From assembly GCA_035529635.1 (NCBI GenBank), contig DATKWJ010000005.1:1424-65423 (forward strand): 64,000 nucleotides of DNA. Reading direction: 5' to 3'. Position 1 is the first letter of the stretch. Each line of letters starts with the position of its first letter. Of the stretch, positions 55,866 to 64,000 are shown piece by piece. Origin of the DNA: Patescibacteria group bacterium. GTDB lineage: Bacteria > Patescibacteriota > Minisyncoccia > Minisyncoccales > RBG-13-42-11. Made by a program: the position numbers and the translations under genes. Below the pieces are notes generated by a model. It was not told where the DNA came from, searched no databases, and saw nothing but the letters and a program-made list of their open reading frames with translations.

Positions 55866-56426
55866 ATGGAAATTTACAAAACAATAATTCAAAATATCAA
55901 GCCGGAATTGGATAAAGTAGTTGTTTTTTTGGAAAAAGAATTAGGCAAATTCCGGACCAGCCGGGCAACGCCTTCGCTGGTGGAGGATGTAGTTGTCGAT
56001 TGTTTCGGCCAAAAATTCCCCTTAAGGCAGCTGGCAGCCATTTCCACTCCCCAAGCCAAACAGATTTTAATCCAGCCCTGGGACAAGTCTTATATCGAAG
56101 GAATCGTCCATGCTTTGGAGAAAACTGGCATTGGTGCCAACCCGATCGTGGATAAGGACATAATCAGAATCAATCTGCCGCCTTTGAGCGAAGAATACAG
56201 GAAAAATTTAATCCGGATGATTTCGGAGAAGGAAGAGCAGTCGCGCCGAACCGTCAGGAAATGGCGGGAAGAATCCTGGAGTGAAATTCAGGAAAAAACC
56301 AAAAAAGGGGAAATCAGGGAAGACGACAAATTCAGGGCTAAAGACGAGCTTCAGGAGTTGGTTGATGAATACAATAAAAAGATCGAGGAATTGGCGGAGA
56401 AAAAGAAAAAAGAAATGGCGGAATAA
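55866..56426 (+). CDS. frr: Ribosome recycling factor
   Basis: RT.RA.P, IQPWD, PPLSEE.R, EDD, KKKE. Confidence 0.95.
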   Translation: MEIYKTIIQNIKPELDKVVVFLEKELGKFRTSRATPSLVEDVVVDCFGQKFPLRQLAAISTPQAKQILIQPWDKSYIEGIVHALEKTGIGANPIVDKDIIRINLPPLSEEYRKNLIRMISEKEEQSRRTVRKWREESWSEIQEKTKKGEIREDDKFRAKDELQELVDEYNKKIEELAEKKKKEMAE

Positions 56427-56456
56427 CAGTTCGGCGTCTGGTTAATTCGCAAAAAC

Positions 56457-57542
56457 ATGTTTTTTACGATCATTATCGCTTTTTTCAGCGTTATCGGCCT
56501 GCTGATTATCCATGAATTCGGCCATTTTATCGTGGCCAAAAAATTCGGGATTAAAGTAGAGGAATTCGGAGTGGGTTATCCGCCCAGATTATTTGCCAGG
56601 AAAATCGGCGAAACCCTTTATTCTTTGAACCTTCTGCCGTTCGGAGCTTTCGTCAAAATTCCCAGCGTGGAAGGGGACGGGGAAAATTACCAAAAACTGG
56701 AGAATATTCCGATTTGGCGGAGAGCTTTGATTATTTCAGCCGGCGCAGTTTCTTTCTGGCTGGTGGGCGTTGTTCTACTGACCGTTGTTTTTTGTCTCGG
56801 CACTTTCCAAATCGTTTCCGACGAAGAATCCGGACCTTTAATCAATCCCAAGGTTCAGATAGTGGCTATCACTTCCGGTTCGCCGGCTGAAACAGCTGGC
56901 CTAAAAACAGGGGATGCCGTAAAGCAGTTGTCAGTTGATGAATTTTCCCGGCCGGTTGATAAAGTGGTGGAGGTGCAGGAATTTACCGAAAAATATAAAG
57001 GGCAGGAAATCGTTTTGACGATTGAAAGAGGAAAAGAGATTTTTGAAATTTCTTTGGTTCCCAGGGTTTCTCCTCCTGAGTCGGAAGGCGCCATGGGGGT
57101 GGCTTTGGTCAGGACAGCTGAAAAATCTTATCCGATTTTCCAGTCTTTCGTCAAAGGGATAAAAACCACCGTTGATTTGACCTGGGCCGTTATCACCGGC
57201 TTGGCCGGTATTCTGGCAAGTTTGCTCGGCGGAAAAGGCTTGCCGGCCGGAGTCCAATTTTTAGGACCGATAGGCATCGGCTCTTTGGTTGCCCAGGCCG
57301 TTGAAGTCGGTTTAAGCTATTTCCTTCAGTTCATTGCCATAATTTCCGTTTATCTGGCTGTTTTTAACCTATTGCCCATACCAGCTCTTGACGGAGGCAG
57401 GCTGCTTTTTCTCGGCCTTGAGAAAATCAAGGGTAGACCGGTCAACCAAAAAATCGAGCAGAATATTACGGCCGGTTTCTTCATCTTTTTCATTATTTTA
57501 ATGGCCTGGGTTACGGTTAAAGATATTATTAGTTTATTTTAA
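56457..57542 (+). CDS. rseP: RIP metalloprotease RseP
   Basis: HEFGH, EEFGVG, PDZ (SPAE.AGLK.GD), NLLPIPALDGG. Confidence 0.93.
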   Translation: MFFTIIIAFFSVIGLLIIHEFGHFIVAKKFGIKVEEFGVGYPPRLFARKIGETLYSLNLLPFGAFVKIPSVEGDGENYQKLENIPIWRRALIISAGAVSFWLVGVVLLTVVFCLGTFQIVSDEESGPLINPKVQIVAITSGSPAETAGLKTGDAVKQLSVDEFSRPVDKVVEVQEFTEKYKGQEIVLTIERGKEIFEISLVPRVSPPESEGAMGVALVRTAEKSYPIFQSFVKGIKTTVDLTWAVITGLAGILASLLGGKGLPAGVQFLGPIGIGSLVAQAVEVGLSYFLQFIAIISVYLAVFNLLPIPALDGGRLLFLGLEKIKGRPVNQKIEQNITAGFFIFFIILMAWVTVKDIISLF

Positions 57543-57568
57543 AATAATCCGGCCAAGGGAAATTGACT

Positions 57569-58849
57569 ATGCTTCAATCGCAAATTTTCGCCAAAACAAC
57601 CAAAGAAACTCCCAAAGAAGAAATTTCAGCCAATGCCCAGCTTTTAATCCGGGCCGGCTTTGTCGATAAACTGATGGCCGGAGTTTATTCTTATTTGCCT
57701 TTGGGATTCAAAGTTTTAAAGAAAATCGAAAACATCATCAGGCAGGAAATGGAAGAGATCGGCGGCCAGGAAATTTTATTACCTTCTTTGCATCCCAAAA
57801 ACCTTTGGGAAAAAACTGACAGATGGAAGTACGAGGAAATGTTCAAGTTAAAGAGCCGGAGCGGTAAGGATCTTGGTCTGGGCTGGACGCATGAAGAAAT
57901 CGTCGTCCCCTTGCTTAAAAAATTCGTCAAATCCTACAAAGATTTGCCGGTTTTCGTCTATCAAATTCAGGATAAATTCAGAGACGAATTGAGGGCGAAA
58001 TCAGGCTTGTTGAGAGGGGTTGAATTCTTAATGAAGGACCTTTATTCTTTTCACAAAGACGAAAAAGACCTGGACGCTTACTACGAAAAAGTGAAAAAGG
58101 CCTATTTTAGAATTTTTGAAAGATGCGGTATAAAAAAAGAAACCTTTTTGACTTTGGCGGCCGGCGGAACTTTCTCGAAATATTCCCATGAATTTCAAAC
58201 CGTGACCGAGGCCGGCGAAGACGTGATTTATCTTTGTCCGAAATGCCGGTTGGCAGTCAACAAAGAAATCATTGAAGAAGAAAATTACGCCTGCCCGTCC
58301 TGCCGCAACAAGAAATTGGAGATCAGGAAAGCGATCGAAACAGGCAATATTTTCAAATTGAAAGAAAAATTCAGCGAAACTTTCGATTTTAAAATAAAAA
58401 ACAAGGACGGAAAAGAAAGCGCGGTTTTAATGGGTTGTTACGGCATAGGTCTCGGCCGCTTGATGGGCGCCGTGGCCGAAGTCCATCACGATGAAAAGGG
58501 GATTATTTGGCCGGAAGAAATCGCTCCCTTTAAGGTTCATTTAATCGCCATACCGGCCAGCGGCCAAGCGGGACAAGATAAAAAAATGGATAGCCGGAAA
58601 ATCACCGTGGCTGTGGAAAAAATATACCGAGATTTACAGAAAAGCGGTCTGGAAGTATTATACGATGACAGGGATAAAAACCCGGCTGAAAAATTCGCTG
58701 ACGCTGACCTGATCGGCCTGCCTTACAGAATCATCGTCAGTCAGCGCACCTTGCGGGAGAATTGCCTGGAAGTGAAAAAAAGAAAAGAAAAAAAGGCCGG
58801 CCTGCTGAAAATTAAAGAATTGAATTCGTATTTTCGCAAAAATTCTTAA
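57569..58849 (+). CDS. proS: Proline--tRNA ligase (short, no INS domain)
   Basis: LIRAG, THEE, KFRDELR..GLLR..EF.MKD, MGCYGIG, DDR...KFADADLIG. Confidence 0.96.
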   Translation: MLQSQIFAKTTKETPKEEISANAQLLIRAGFVDKLMAGVYSYLPLGFKVLKKIENIIRQEMEEIGGQEILLPSLHPKNLWEKTDRWKYEEMFKLKSRSGKDLGLGWTHEEIVVPLLKKFVKSYKDLPVFVYQIQDKFRDELRAKSGLLRGVEFLMKDLYSFHKDEKDLDAYYEKVKKAYFRIFERCGIKKETFLTLAAGGTFSKYSHEFQTVTEAGEDVIYLCPKCRLAVNKEIIEEENYACPSCRNKKLEIRKAIETGNIFKLKEKFSETFDFKIKNKDGKESAVLMGCYGIGLGRLMGAVAEVHHDEKGIIWPEEIAPFKVHLIAIPASGQAGQDKKMDSRKITVAVEKIYRDLQKSGLEVLYDDRDKNPAEKFADADLIGLPYRIIVSQRTLRENCLEVKKRKEKKAGLLKIKELNSYFRKNS

Positions 58850-58852
58850 ACC

Positions 58853-59914
58853 ATGAACAATCCACTTAAAAAGTTTTTACATTTTATTGCCGAAGATATT
58901 GCCATTGATTTGGGTACGGCCAATTCCCGCGTTTACGTCAGAAACAGGGGGATAGTCCTTACAGAGCCGTCAGTAGTCGCCGTCAATCAAAAAACCGGCC
59001 AGGTTTTGGCTATCGGCGAGGAAGCGAAAAAAATGGTGGGAAGAACTCCGGCTTACATCGTGGCCACCCGGCCTTTGATTTCCGGAGTTATTTCCAACTT
59101 TGAAATAACCGAACAAATGCTCAGGTATTTTATCGAAAAAGCCCATAAAAAAAGATTTCTTTTGAATCCGCGGCCGAGGGTGATAATCGGCATTCCCTGC
59201 GGCGTGACCGAGGTGGAGAAAAAAGCTGTTTGCGACGCCGCTAAAAACGCCGGAGCCAGAGATGTTTTCATTATTGAAGAACCGATGGCGGCTGCTTTGG
59301 GCGCCCGCCTGCCTGTTCAGGAAGCCGGGGGCAATTTCATCGTTGACATCGGCGGCGGCACGACCGATATCGCCGTCATATCTCTGGGGGGCATAGTCAT
59401 TTCCAAAACCTTAAGGGTTGCCGGGGACAAGCTGAATCACGACGTCATCCAATTCGCCCAGGACGAATATAAGCTGCTGATCGGGGAAAGGACGGCGGAA
59501 ATGCTTAAAATCGGCATCGGCTCGGCTTATCCTTTGAAAGAAAAAAAACAGCTGCCGATGCGGGGGAGAAATCTGGTCACCGGTCTGCCTGAGGAAATAT
59601 TGGTTTCTAATGAAGATATAAAAAAGGCCCTGGAGAAATCAATAAAGCAAATCGTCGAGGAAATAAAAATAGCCGTGGAAGAGACGCCGCCGGAATTGCT
59701 GGCCGATATCATGGTTTCGGGAATTCAGATGGCGGGTGGAGGTTCACTTTTGAAAGGACTGACTTCTTTGATCCAGAAAGAAACGAAAATTCCGACCAAG
59801 ATTATCGAAGATCCGACAACGACCGTTGTCAGGGGGGCGGGCATGGTGCTTGAAAATCTCGACCAGTTGCAGGATGTTTTATTGGAGACCGAAGAATTGG
59901 AGCCGCCGAGATAA
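58853..59914 (+). CDS. mreB: Rod shape-determining protein MreB (paralog 2)
   Basis: IDLGTAN, EPSVVA, EEPMAAA, DIGGGT, TPPEL. Confidence 0.95.
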   Translation: MNNPLKKFLHFIAEDIAIDLGTANSRVYVRNRGIVLTEPSVVAVNQKTGQVLAIGEEAKKMVGRTPAYIVATRPLISGVISNFEITEQMLRYFIEKAHKKRFLLNPRPRVIIGIPCGVTEVEKKAVCDAAKNAGARDVFIIEEPMAAALGARLPVQEAGGNFIVDIGGGTTDIAVISLGGIVISKTLRVAGDKLNHDVIQFAQDEYKLLIGERTAEMLKIGIGSAYPLKEKKQLPMRGRNLVTGLPEEILVSNEDIKKALEKSIKQIVEEIKIAVEETPPELLADIMVSGIQMAGGGSLLKGLTSLIQKETKIPTKIIEDPTTTVVRGAGMVLENLDQLQDVLLETEELEPPR

Positions 59915-59930
59915 AATTTATATTTAAACC

Positions 59931-60227
59931 GTGTTAAACAAAGAAGAAGTAAAACATATAGCCAAATTGGCAAGATTAGGCTTGACCGAAAGCGAGATTG
60001 AAAAATATCAGAAAGAGCTTTCTTCGATTTTGGATTACATTGAAAAACTGAAGGAAGCGGACGTTTCAAAAGTGGAGCCGACGAGCCACTGCTTACTTGG
60101 CGGTTCTCCCCGGTCGGAAATATCCGGCGAACAGAGCGGCCAGGCGAATAAGAGCGAAAAATTGTTGAAGCTGGCGCCGGAAACGGAAAACGGCTACTTA
60201 AAAGTCAAATCAATAATCAAAAATTAA
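59931..60227 (+). CDS. gatC: Asp/Glu-tRNA amidotransferase subunit C
   Basis: EEVKHIAKLARL, VEPT.H, AP....Y.KV; GTG start. Confidence 0.92.
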   Translation: MLNKEEVKHIAKLARLGLTESEIEKYQKELSSILDYIEKLKEADVSKVEPTSHCLLGGSPRSEISGEQSGQANKSEKLLKLAPETENGYLKVKSIIKN

Positions 60228-60239
60228 ATCTTCTGCCAG

Positions 60240-61679
60240 ATGGATTTAACCGAACTTACAATCGCTCAAACTCACCAGGGGTTGAAGGAAAAGAATTTCT
60301 CCAGTCTTGAACTATGCCAGGCTTATTTGGATAAAATCAAGAAAAAAAATAAGGAAATTTTCGCTTTTCTCAATATCAGGGAAGAGGGAGCTTTATCCGA
60401 GGCGAAAGAAGCCGACAAGATGATTGCGGCCGGAGAAGAAATTCCTGTTTTGGCCGGCCTGCCGGCAGCTATCAAAGACAATATTTTGGTTGAAGATTTT
60501 CCTTGCACGGCCGGCTCGAAAGTTCTTGAAAATTATTCGGCGCCTTACGACGCCACGGTAGTTAAGAAACTTAAAAACCAAAAAGCAATAATTTTGGGGA
60601 AAACGAATCTTGACGAGTTTGCCATGGGTTCTTCCACGGAGAATTCAGCTTTCGGACCTACCCGTAATCCCCACGATTTGAGCCGGGTTCCCGGCGGTTC
60701 TTCCGGCGGTTCAGCCGCAGCCGTGGCAGCTGATTTAGCCGCTTTTGCCTTGGGTTCGGATACCGGCGGTTCAATCAGACAGCCCTGTTCTTTTTGCGGA
60801 ACAGTTGGTTTAAAGCCGACTTACGGAGCTGTTTCAAGGTACGGCCTGATTGCTTTTGCTTCTTCTTTGGACCAAATAGGTCCCATCGCCAAAACCGTGG
60901 AAGATTGCCAAACCGTTTTCAACGTTATAAGAGGGAAAGATCCTTTGGACTCGACTTCAGTGGAATTTGAAAAATCAGACGGCCGGTTCTCAGATCTGCG
61001 GATAGGCGTACCGAAAGAATATTTCGTCAAAGGTATCGATCCCAAGGTGGAAAGAATCATAAAAGCAGCCATAAAAAAATACGAAGAGGCTGGCGTTGAA
61101 ATTAAAGAAATCAGTTTGCCGCAGGTCGAATACGCCTTGTCTTGTTATTATATAATTGCGCCTTCCGAAGCCTCGGCAAACTTGGCCAGGTACGACGGCA
61201 TAAAATACGGCTATTCGGCAAAAAGCCGGGCGAAGAAAGGGACAGCAGAGGCTGAAAATTTATTGGACGTTTATTTGGAAAACAGAGGCGAGGGTTTTGG
61301 AGCGGAAGTAAGAAGAAGGATAATGCTGGGAACTTATGTTTTGTCCGCCGGCTATTACGAAGCATATTATTTAAGGGCTCAAAAAGTGAGGACTTTGATA
61401 AAAAAACGTTTTGACCAGGCTTTCAAACAGGTTGATGCGATTTTCGCGCCTGTTTCCCCTTTTTTACCGTTTAAAATAGGGGAGAAGATCAACGACCCTC
61501 TTTCGATGTATTTGGTTGATATTTACACCGTGGCCGTCAATCTGGCCGGTCTGCCGGCGCTTTCTCTGCCAGTGGGGCAGGCGGACGATTTGCCGGTCGG
61601 CCTGCAAATCATCGGCAAACCCTTTGAAGATGATAAAATTTTGGAAATAGGTAAATTATACAACCATGCCAATAATTGA
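60240..61679 (+). CDS. gatA: Asp/Glu-tRNA amidotransferase subunit A
   Basis: [35 protein letters not shown]. Confidence 0.97.
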   Translation: MDLTELTIAQTHQGLKEKNFSSLELCQAYLDKIKKKNKEIFAFLNIREEGALSEAKEADKMIAAGEEIPVLAGLPAAIKDNILVEDFPCTAGSKVLENYSAPYDATVVKKLKNQKAIILGKTNLDEFAMGSSTENSAFGPTRNPHDLSRVPGGSSGGSAAAVAADLAAFALGSDTGGSIRQPCSFCGTVGLKPTYGAVSRYGLIAFASSLDQIGPIAKTVEDCQTVFNVIRGKDPLDSTSVEFEKSDGRFSDLRIGVPKEYFVKGIDPKVERIIKAAIKKYEEAGVEIKEISLPQVEYALSCYYIIAPSEASANLARYDGIKYGYSAKSRAKKGTAEAENLLDVYLENRGEGFGAEVRRRIMLGTYVLSAGYYEAYYLRAQKVRTLIKKRFDQAFKQVDAIFAPVSPFLPFKIGEKINDPLSMYLVDIYTVAVNLAGLPALSLPVGQADDLPVGLQIIGKPFEDDKILEIGKLYNHANN

Positions 61680-62202
61680 GAATTTCCCTCAAAACTTAAT
61701 GTCGTTTTTCATTTCTCCGCCGGATAGCGAGTGGCTTTTGATCGTTAAAATCGTTTTTATTGTTTCATTTTTACTTATAATCGGTTTTATTATTTTTGCC
61801 CTGACAAAAAGCTCTTGGTTGAAGTTTCTCATCTTATACGATGCCAGCGAATTTTTCAGTTTTCGGCCTTTCGGAGCCAGAAAAATAGAAAAGGATTGGA
61901 GAAAAATCATAGTCAGATTGAATACGGGCTTGGAATCGGAATACAAATTGGCGGTGATTGAAGCGGATAACATGCTGAACGATACGCTGAAGAAAATGGG
62001 ATACAAAGGAGAAAGTCTGGGAGAAAGGTTGGAAAAATTGACTTCAGCCACTTTGTCCAATATCGAAGAGGTTGGTGCAGCCCATAAAGTCCGCAACAAC
62101 ATCATCCACGACCCTAATTTTAAGTTGTCCCTTGACGAAGCGAGGAAAAAATTGGATATTTTCGAAAAAGCTTTTAGGAATTTGGATGCTCTTGAAAGTT
62201 GA
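61666..62202 (+). CDS. Hypothetical membrane protein
   Basis: TM, then AVIEAD..L...L...[10 protein letters not shown]...AHKVRN.IIH. Confidence 0.75.
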   Translation: MPIIENFPQNLMSFFISPPDSEWLLIVKIVFIVSFLLIIGFIIFALTKSSWLKFLILYDASEFFSFRPFGARKIEKDWRKIIVRLNTGLESEYKLAVIEADNMLNDTLKKMGYKGESLGERLEKLTSATLSNIEEVGAAHKVRNNIIHDPNFKLSLDEARKKLDIFEKAFRNLDALES

Positions 62203-62227
62203 TTTTTGCTTAAAAACAGATTATAAT
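62199..62227 (+). promoter_or_regulatory. tRNA operon promoter
   Basis: TTGATT, 17 nt, TATAAT. Confidence 0.7.
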
Positions 62228-62232
62228 AACGC

Positions 62233-62303
62233 CGCGGGGTAGAGAAGTAGTATCTTGCGAGGCCCATAACCTCGAGACCTGGGTGCAATTCCCAGCCCCG
62301 CAA
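62233..62303 (+). tRNA. tRNA-fMet (initiator, CAT), non-canonical
   Basis: CGCGGGG acceptor with C1xA72; CGAGG-CC-CAT-AA-CCTCG. Confidence 0.88.
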
Positions 62304-62311
62304 CAAATTTC

Positions 62312-62387
62312 GCCGGCGTAGCTCAGTGGTAGTAGCAGGGTCTTCATAAGGCCAAGGTCACAGGTTCGAGTCCTGTCGCCGGCACCA
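62312..62387 (+). tRNA. tRNA-Met(CAT), probably elongator
   Basis: GCCGGCG acceptor; TT-CAT-AA loop; GTTCGA; CCA encoded; lacks the C4/C5 usual in Ile2. Confidence 0.85.
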
Positions 62388-62388
62388 T

Positions 62389-62464
62389 GCGGGCGTAGCT
62401 TAGTCCGGTTAAAAGCGCCTCCCTGTCACGGAGGAGAACGTGGGTTCGAATCCCATCGCCCGCG
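62389..62464 (+). tRNA. tRNA-Asp(GTC)
   Basis: CCTCC-CT-GTC-AC-GGAGG; GTTCGAA; G73. Confidence 0.95.
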
Positions 62465-62480
62465 CAAGCGATAGTGCAGA

Positions 62481-62510
62481 GCGGAAGATGAAATTTATTT
62501 CATCGCCCGC
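62481..62510. repeat. REP-like palindromic element
   Basis: GCGG-aa-GATGAAA-ttta-TTTCATC-gc-CCGC. Confidence 0.45.
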
Positions 62511-62520
62511 GCCAGCAAAT

Positions 62521-62550
62521 AACAAATCCCGTTTCAAAGGGATTTTTGTT
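62521..62550 (+). terminator. Terminator of the tRNA operon
   Basis: AAATCCC-gtttcaaa-GGGATTTTT. Confidence 0.7.
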
Positions 62551-62612
62551 TTCTTGTTTTTACCCAGTTCCAGTGTTGATTTGAAGTTAAAATCAGGGTA
62601 TAATGAAGTAAC

Positions 62613-64000
62613 ATGCCGCAAGCTAAGAATACAAAAACAGCATCTTCCTACGATGCTAAAGATATTTACGTTCTGGAAGGCCTTGAACCGGTCAGAAAAA
62701 GACCGGGAATGTATATTGGTTCAACCGGTTCCGAAGGACTGCATCATTTGATTTGGGAATGCGTTGACAATAATTTGGACGAGGCCATGGCCGGTTACGC
62801 CAAAAATATTGATGTCTTTCTTTTGCCGGGCGACAGAATCAAAACGACTGATGACGGCCGGGGGATACCGGTTGACATACATCCCCAAACTAAAAAATCC
62901 GCTTTGGAAACAGTAATGACCACTTTACACGCCGGAGCCAAATTCGGCGGCAAAGCTTACCAGGTGGCCGGCGGCCTTCACGGAGTCGGAGTTTCAGTGG
63001 TCTGCGCTCTTTCAAAGTGGATGAGAGTCGAGGTCTGCCGCAACGGCCTCAGATATTCGCAGGAATACGCCAAAGGGAAACCTTTGACTAAAGTGAAAAA
63101 AGGCGATAAATGCAAGCAAACCGGCACCTCGGTTTGTTTCGAACCTGATACCGAAATCTTCAGCGAAAACAAATTTGATTTGAAGAAAATCATCAATCAT
63201 CTCCGTCAGCAGGCCTATTTGACCAGAAACATAAAAATCACTGTTAAGGATTTGCGGGAAAAGCCGGAAAAATCCTACACTTTTTATTTTGAAGGAGGAC
63301 TTGCTTCTTACATCAAACATTTAACCAGGGGTGTAGCTAAACGCCAGCCGAATATTTATTACGGCTTGGGAGAAAAAAACGGCATTTTAGTGGAAGCGTC
63401 TTTCCAGTATACAGAGGAATACGAATATTTTGAGGAAAGTTTTGCCAATAACATCAATACCGGCGAAGGAGGCACGCATTTGACCGGTTTCAGAACAGCC
63501 CTGACCAGAACCTTCAACGATTATGCGAAGAAAAACAACCTTTTGAAAGATAATGACGATAATTTGTCAGGAGAAGACGTCAGAGAGGGCTTTACTGGAG
63601 TTGTTTCCGTAAAACTGAAAGAACCCCAGTTTGAAGGTCAGACAAAAGCGAAATTGGGCAATCCGGAAGCGAAGACAGCGGTTGAAACAGTGGTTTCTGA
63701 AACCCTCTCCGATTTTTTGGAAAGAAATCCTCAAGACGCCAGGGCTATTATTGAAAAATGCATTCTTTCTTCCAAAGCCAGAAAAGCGGCCCGTGTGGCC
63801 AGAGATACTGTTTTAAGAAAAGGCGCTTTGGAAGGTTTGGCTTTGCCCGGTAAATTGGCCGACTGTACTTCCAGAAAAGCGGAAGAATCGGAGATTTACA
63901 TTGTCGAGGGTGAATCGGCCGGCGGCAGTTCAAGACAGGCCAGGGATAGAAGGTTTCAGGCGATTCTTCCTTTGCGCGGCAAAATTTTGAACGTTGAGCG
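62613..64000 (+). CDS. gyrB: DNA gyrase subunit B, 5' part (runs off the window)
   Basis: Manual translation: VLEGLEPVRKRPGMYIGST, DDGRGIP, GGLHGVG, PQFEGQTK, LPGKLADC, VEGESAGG, PLRGKILNV. Confidence 0.95.
   Translation, partial: MPQAKNTKTASSYDAKDIYVLEGLEPVRKRPGMYIGSTGSEGLHHLIWECVDNNLDEAMAGYAKNIDVFLLPGDRIKTTDDGRGIPVDIHPQTKKSALETVMTTLHAGAKFGGKAYQVAGGLHGVGVSVVCALSKWMRVEVCRNGLRYSQEYAKGKPLTKVKKGDKCKQTGTSVCFEPDTEIFSENKFDLKKIINHLRQQAYLTRNIKITVKDLREKPEKSYTFYFEGGLASYIKHLTRGVAKRQPNIYYGLGEKNGILVEASFQYTEEYEYFEESFANNINTGEGGTHLTGFRTALTRTFNDYAKKNNLLKDNDDNLSGEDVREGFTGVVSVKLKEPQFEGQTKAKLGNPEAKTAVETVVSETLSDFLERNPQDARAIIEKCILSSKARKAARVARDTVLRKGALEGLALPGKLADCTSRKAEESEIYIVEGESAGGSSRQARDRRFQAILPLRGKILNVE

Overview
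This 64-kb window is core chromosome of a Patescibacteria/CPR bacterium, probably Parcubacteria/Paceibacteria and Nealsonbacteria-like. That assignment is inferred from the missing uL30 between rpsE and rplO, the short AlaRS, a DUF5679-type gene and short in-frame palindromes. TGA is used as a stop, so the code is 11. The window holds the str-S10-spc-alpha ribosomal supercluster with six non-ribosomal genes inserted between map and infA. It also carries nrdD/nrdG with a ferritin-like protein and a ferredoxin, rarA, a P-type ATPase, two mreB, holB, frr, rseP, proS, gatCA, four tRNAs and the 5' part of gyrB. I found no CRISPR array, rRNA, transposase or integrase. The most interesting signal is regulatory: the genes fall into three initiation classes. 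(i) Leaderless or near-leaderless genes have a -10 box 6-10 nt before the ATG. (ii) Leadered genes lack an SD and carry an AAAGGTCG motif. (iii) Two orphan minus-strand genes (310-975, 22822-23943) share a sigma70 promoter, a boxA-like element, a strong SD and their own terminator, and both encode outer-membrane beta-barrel-like proteins in a lineage reported to lack an outer membrane. Other highlights are a 6S-like rod-shaped ncRNA, a 30-bp hairpin in three copies bracketing a 6.6-kb accessory block next to tRNA-Pro, a mosaic 1578-aa S8 protease/Cys-rich surface protein, RpoA without its CTD, a non-canonical initiator tRNA and a solo Cas4-like nuclease.
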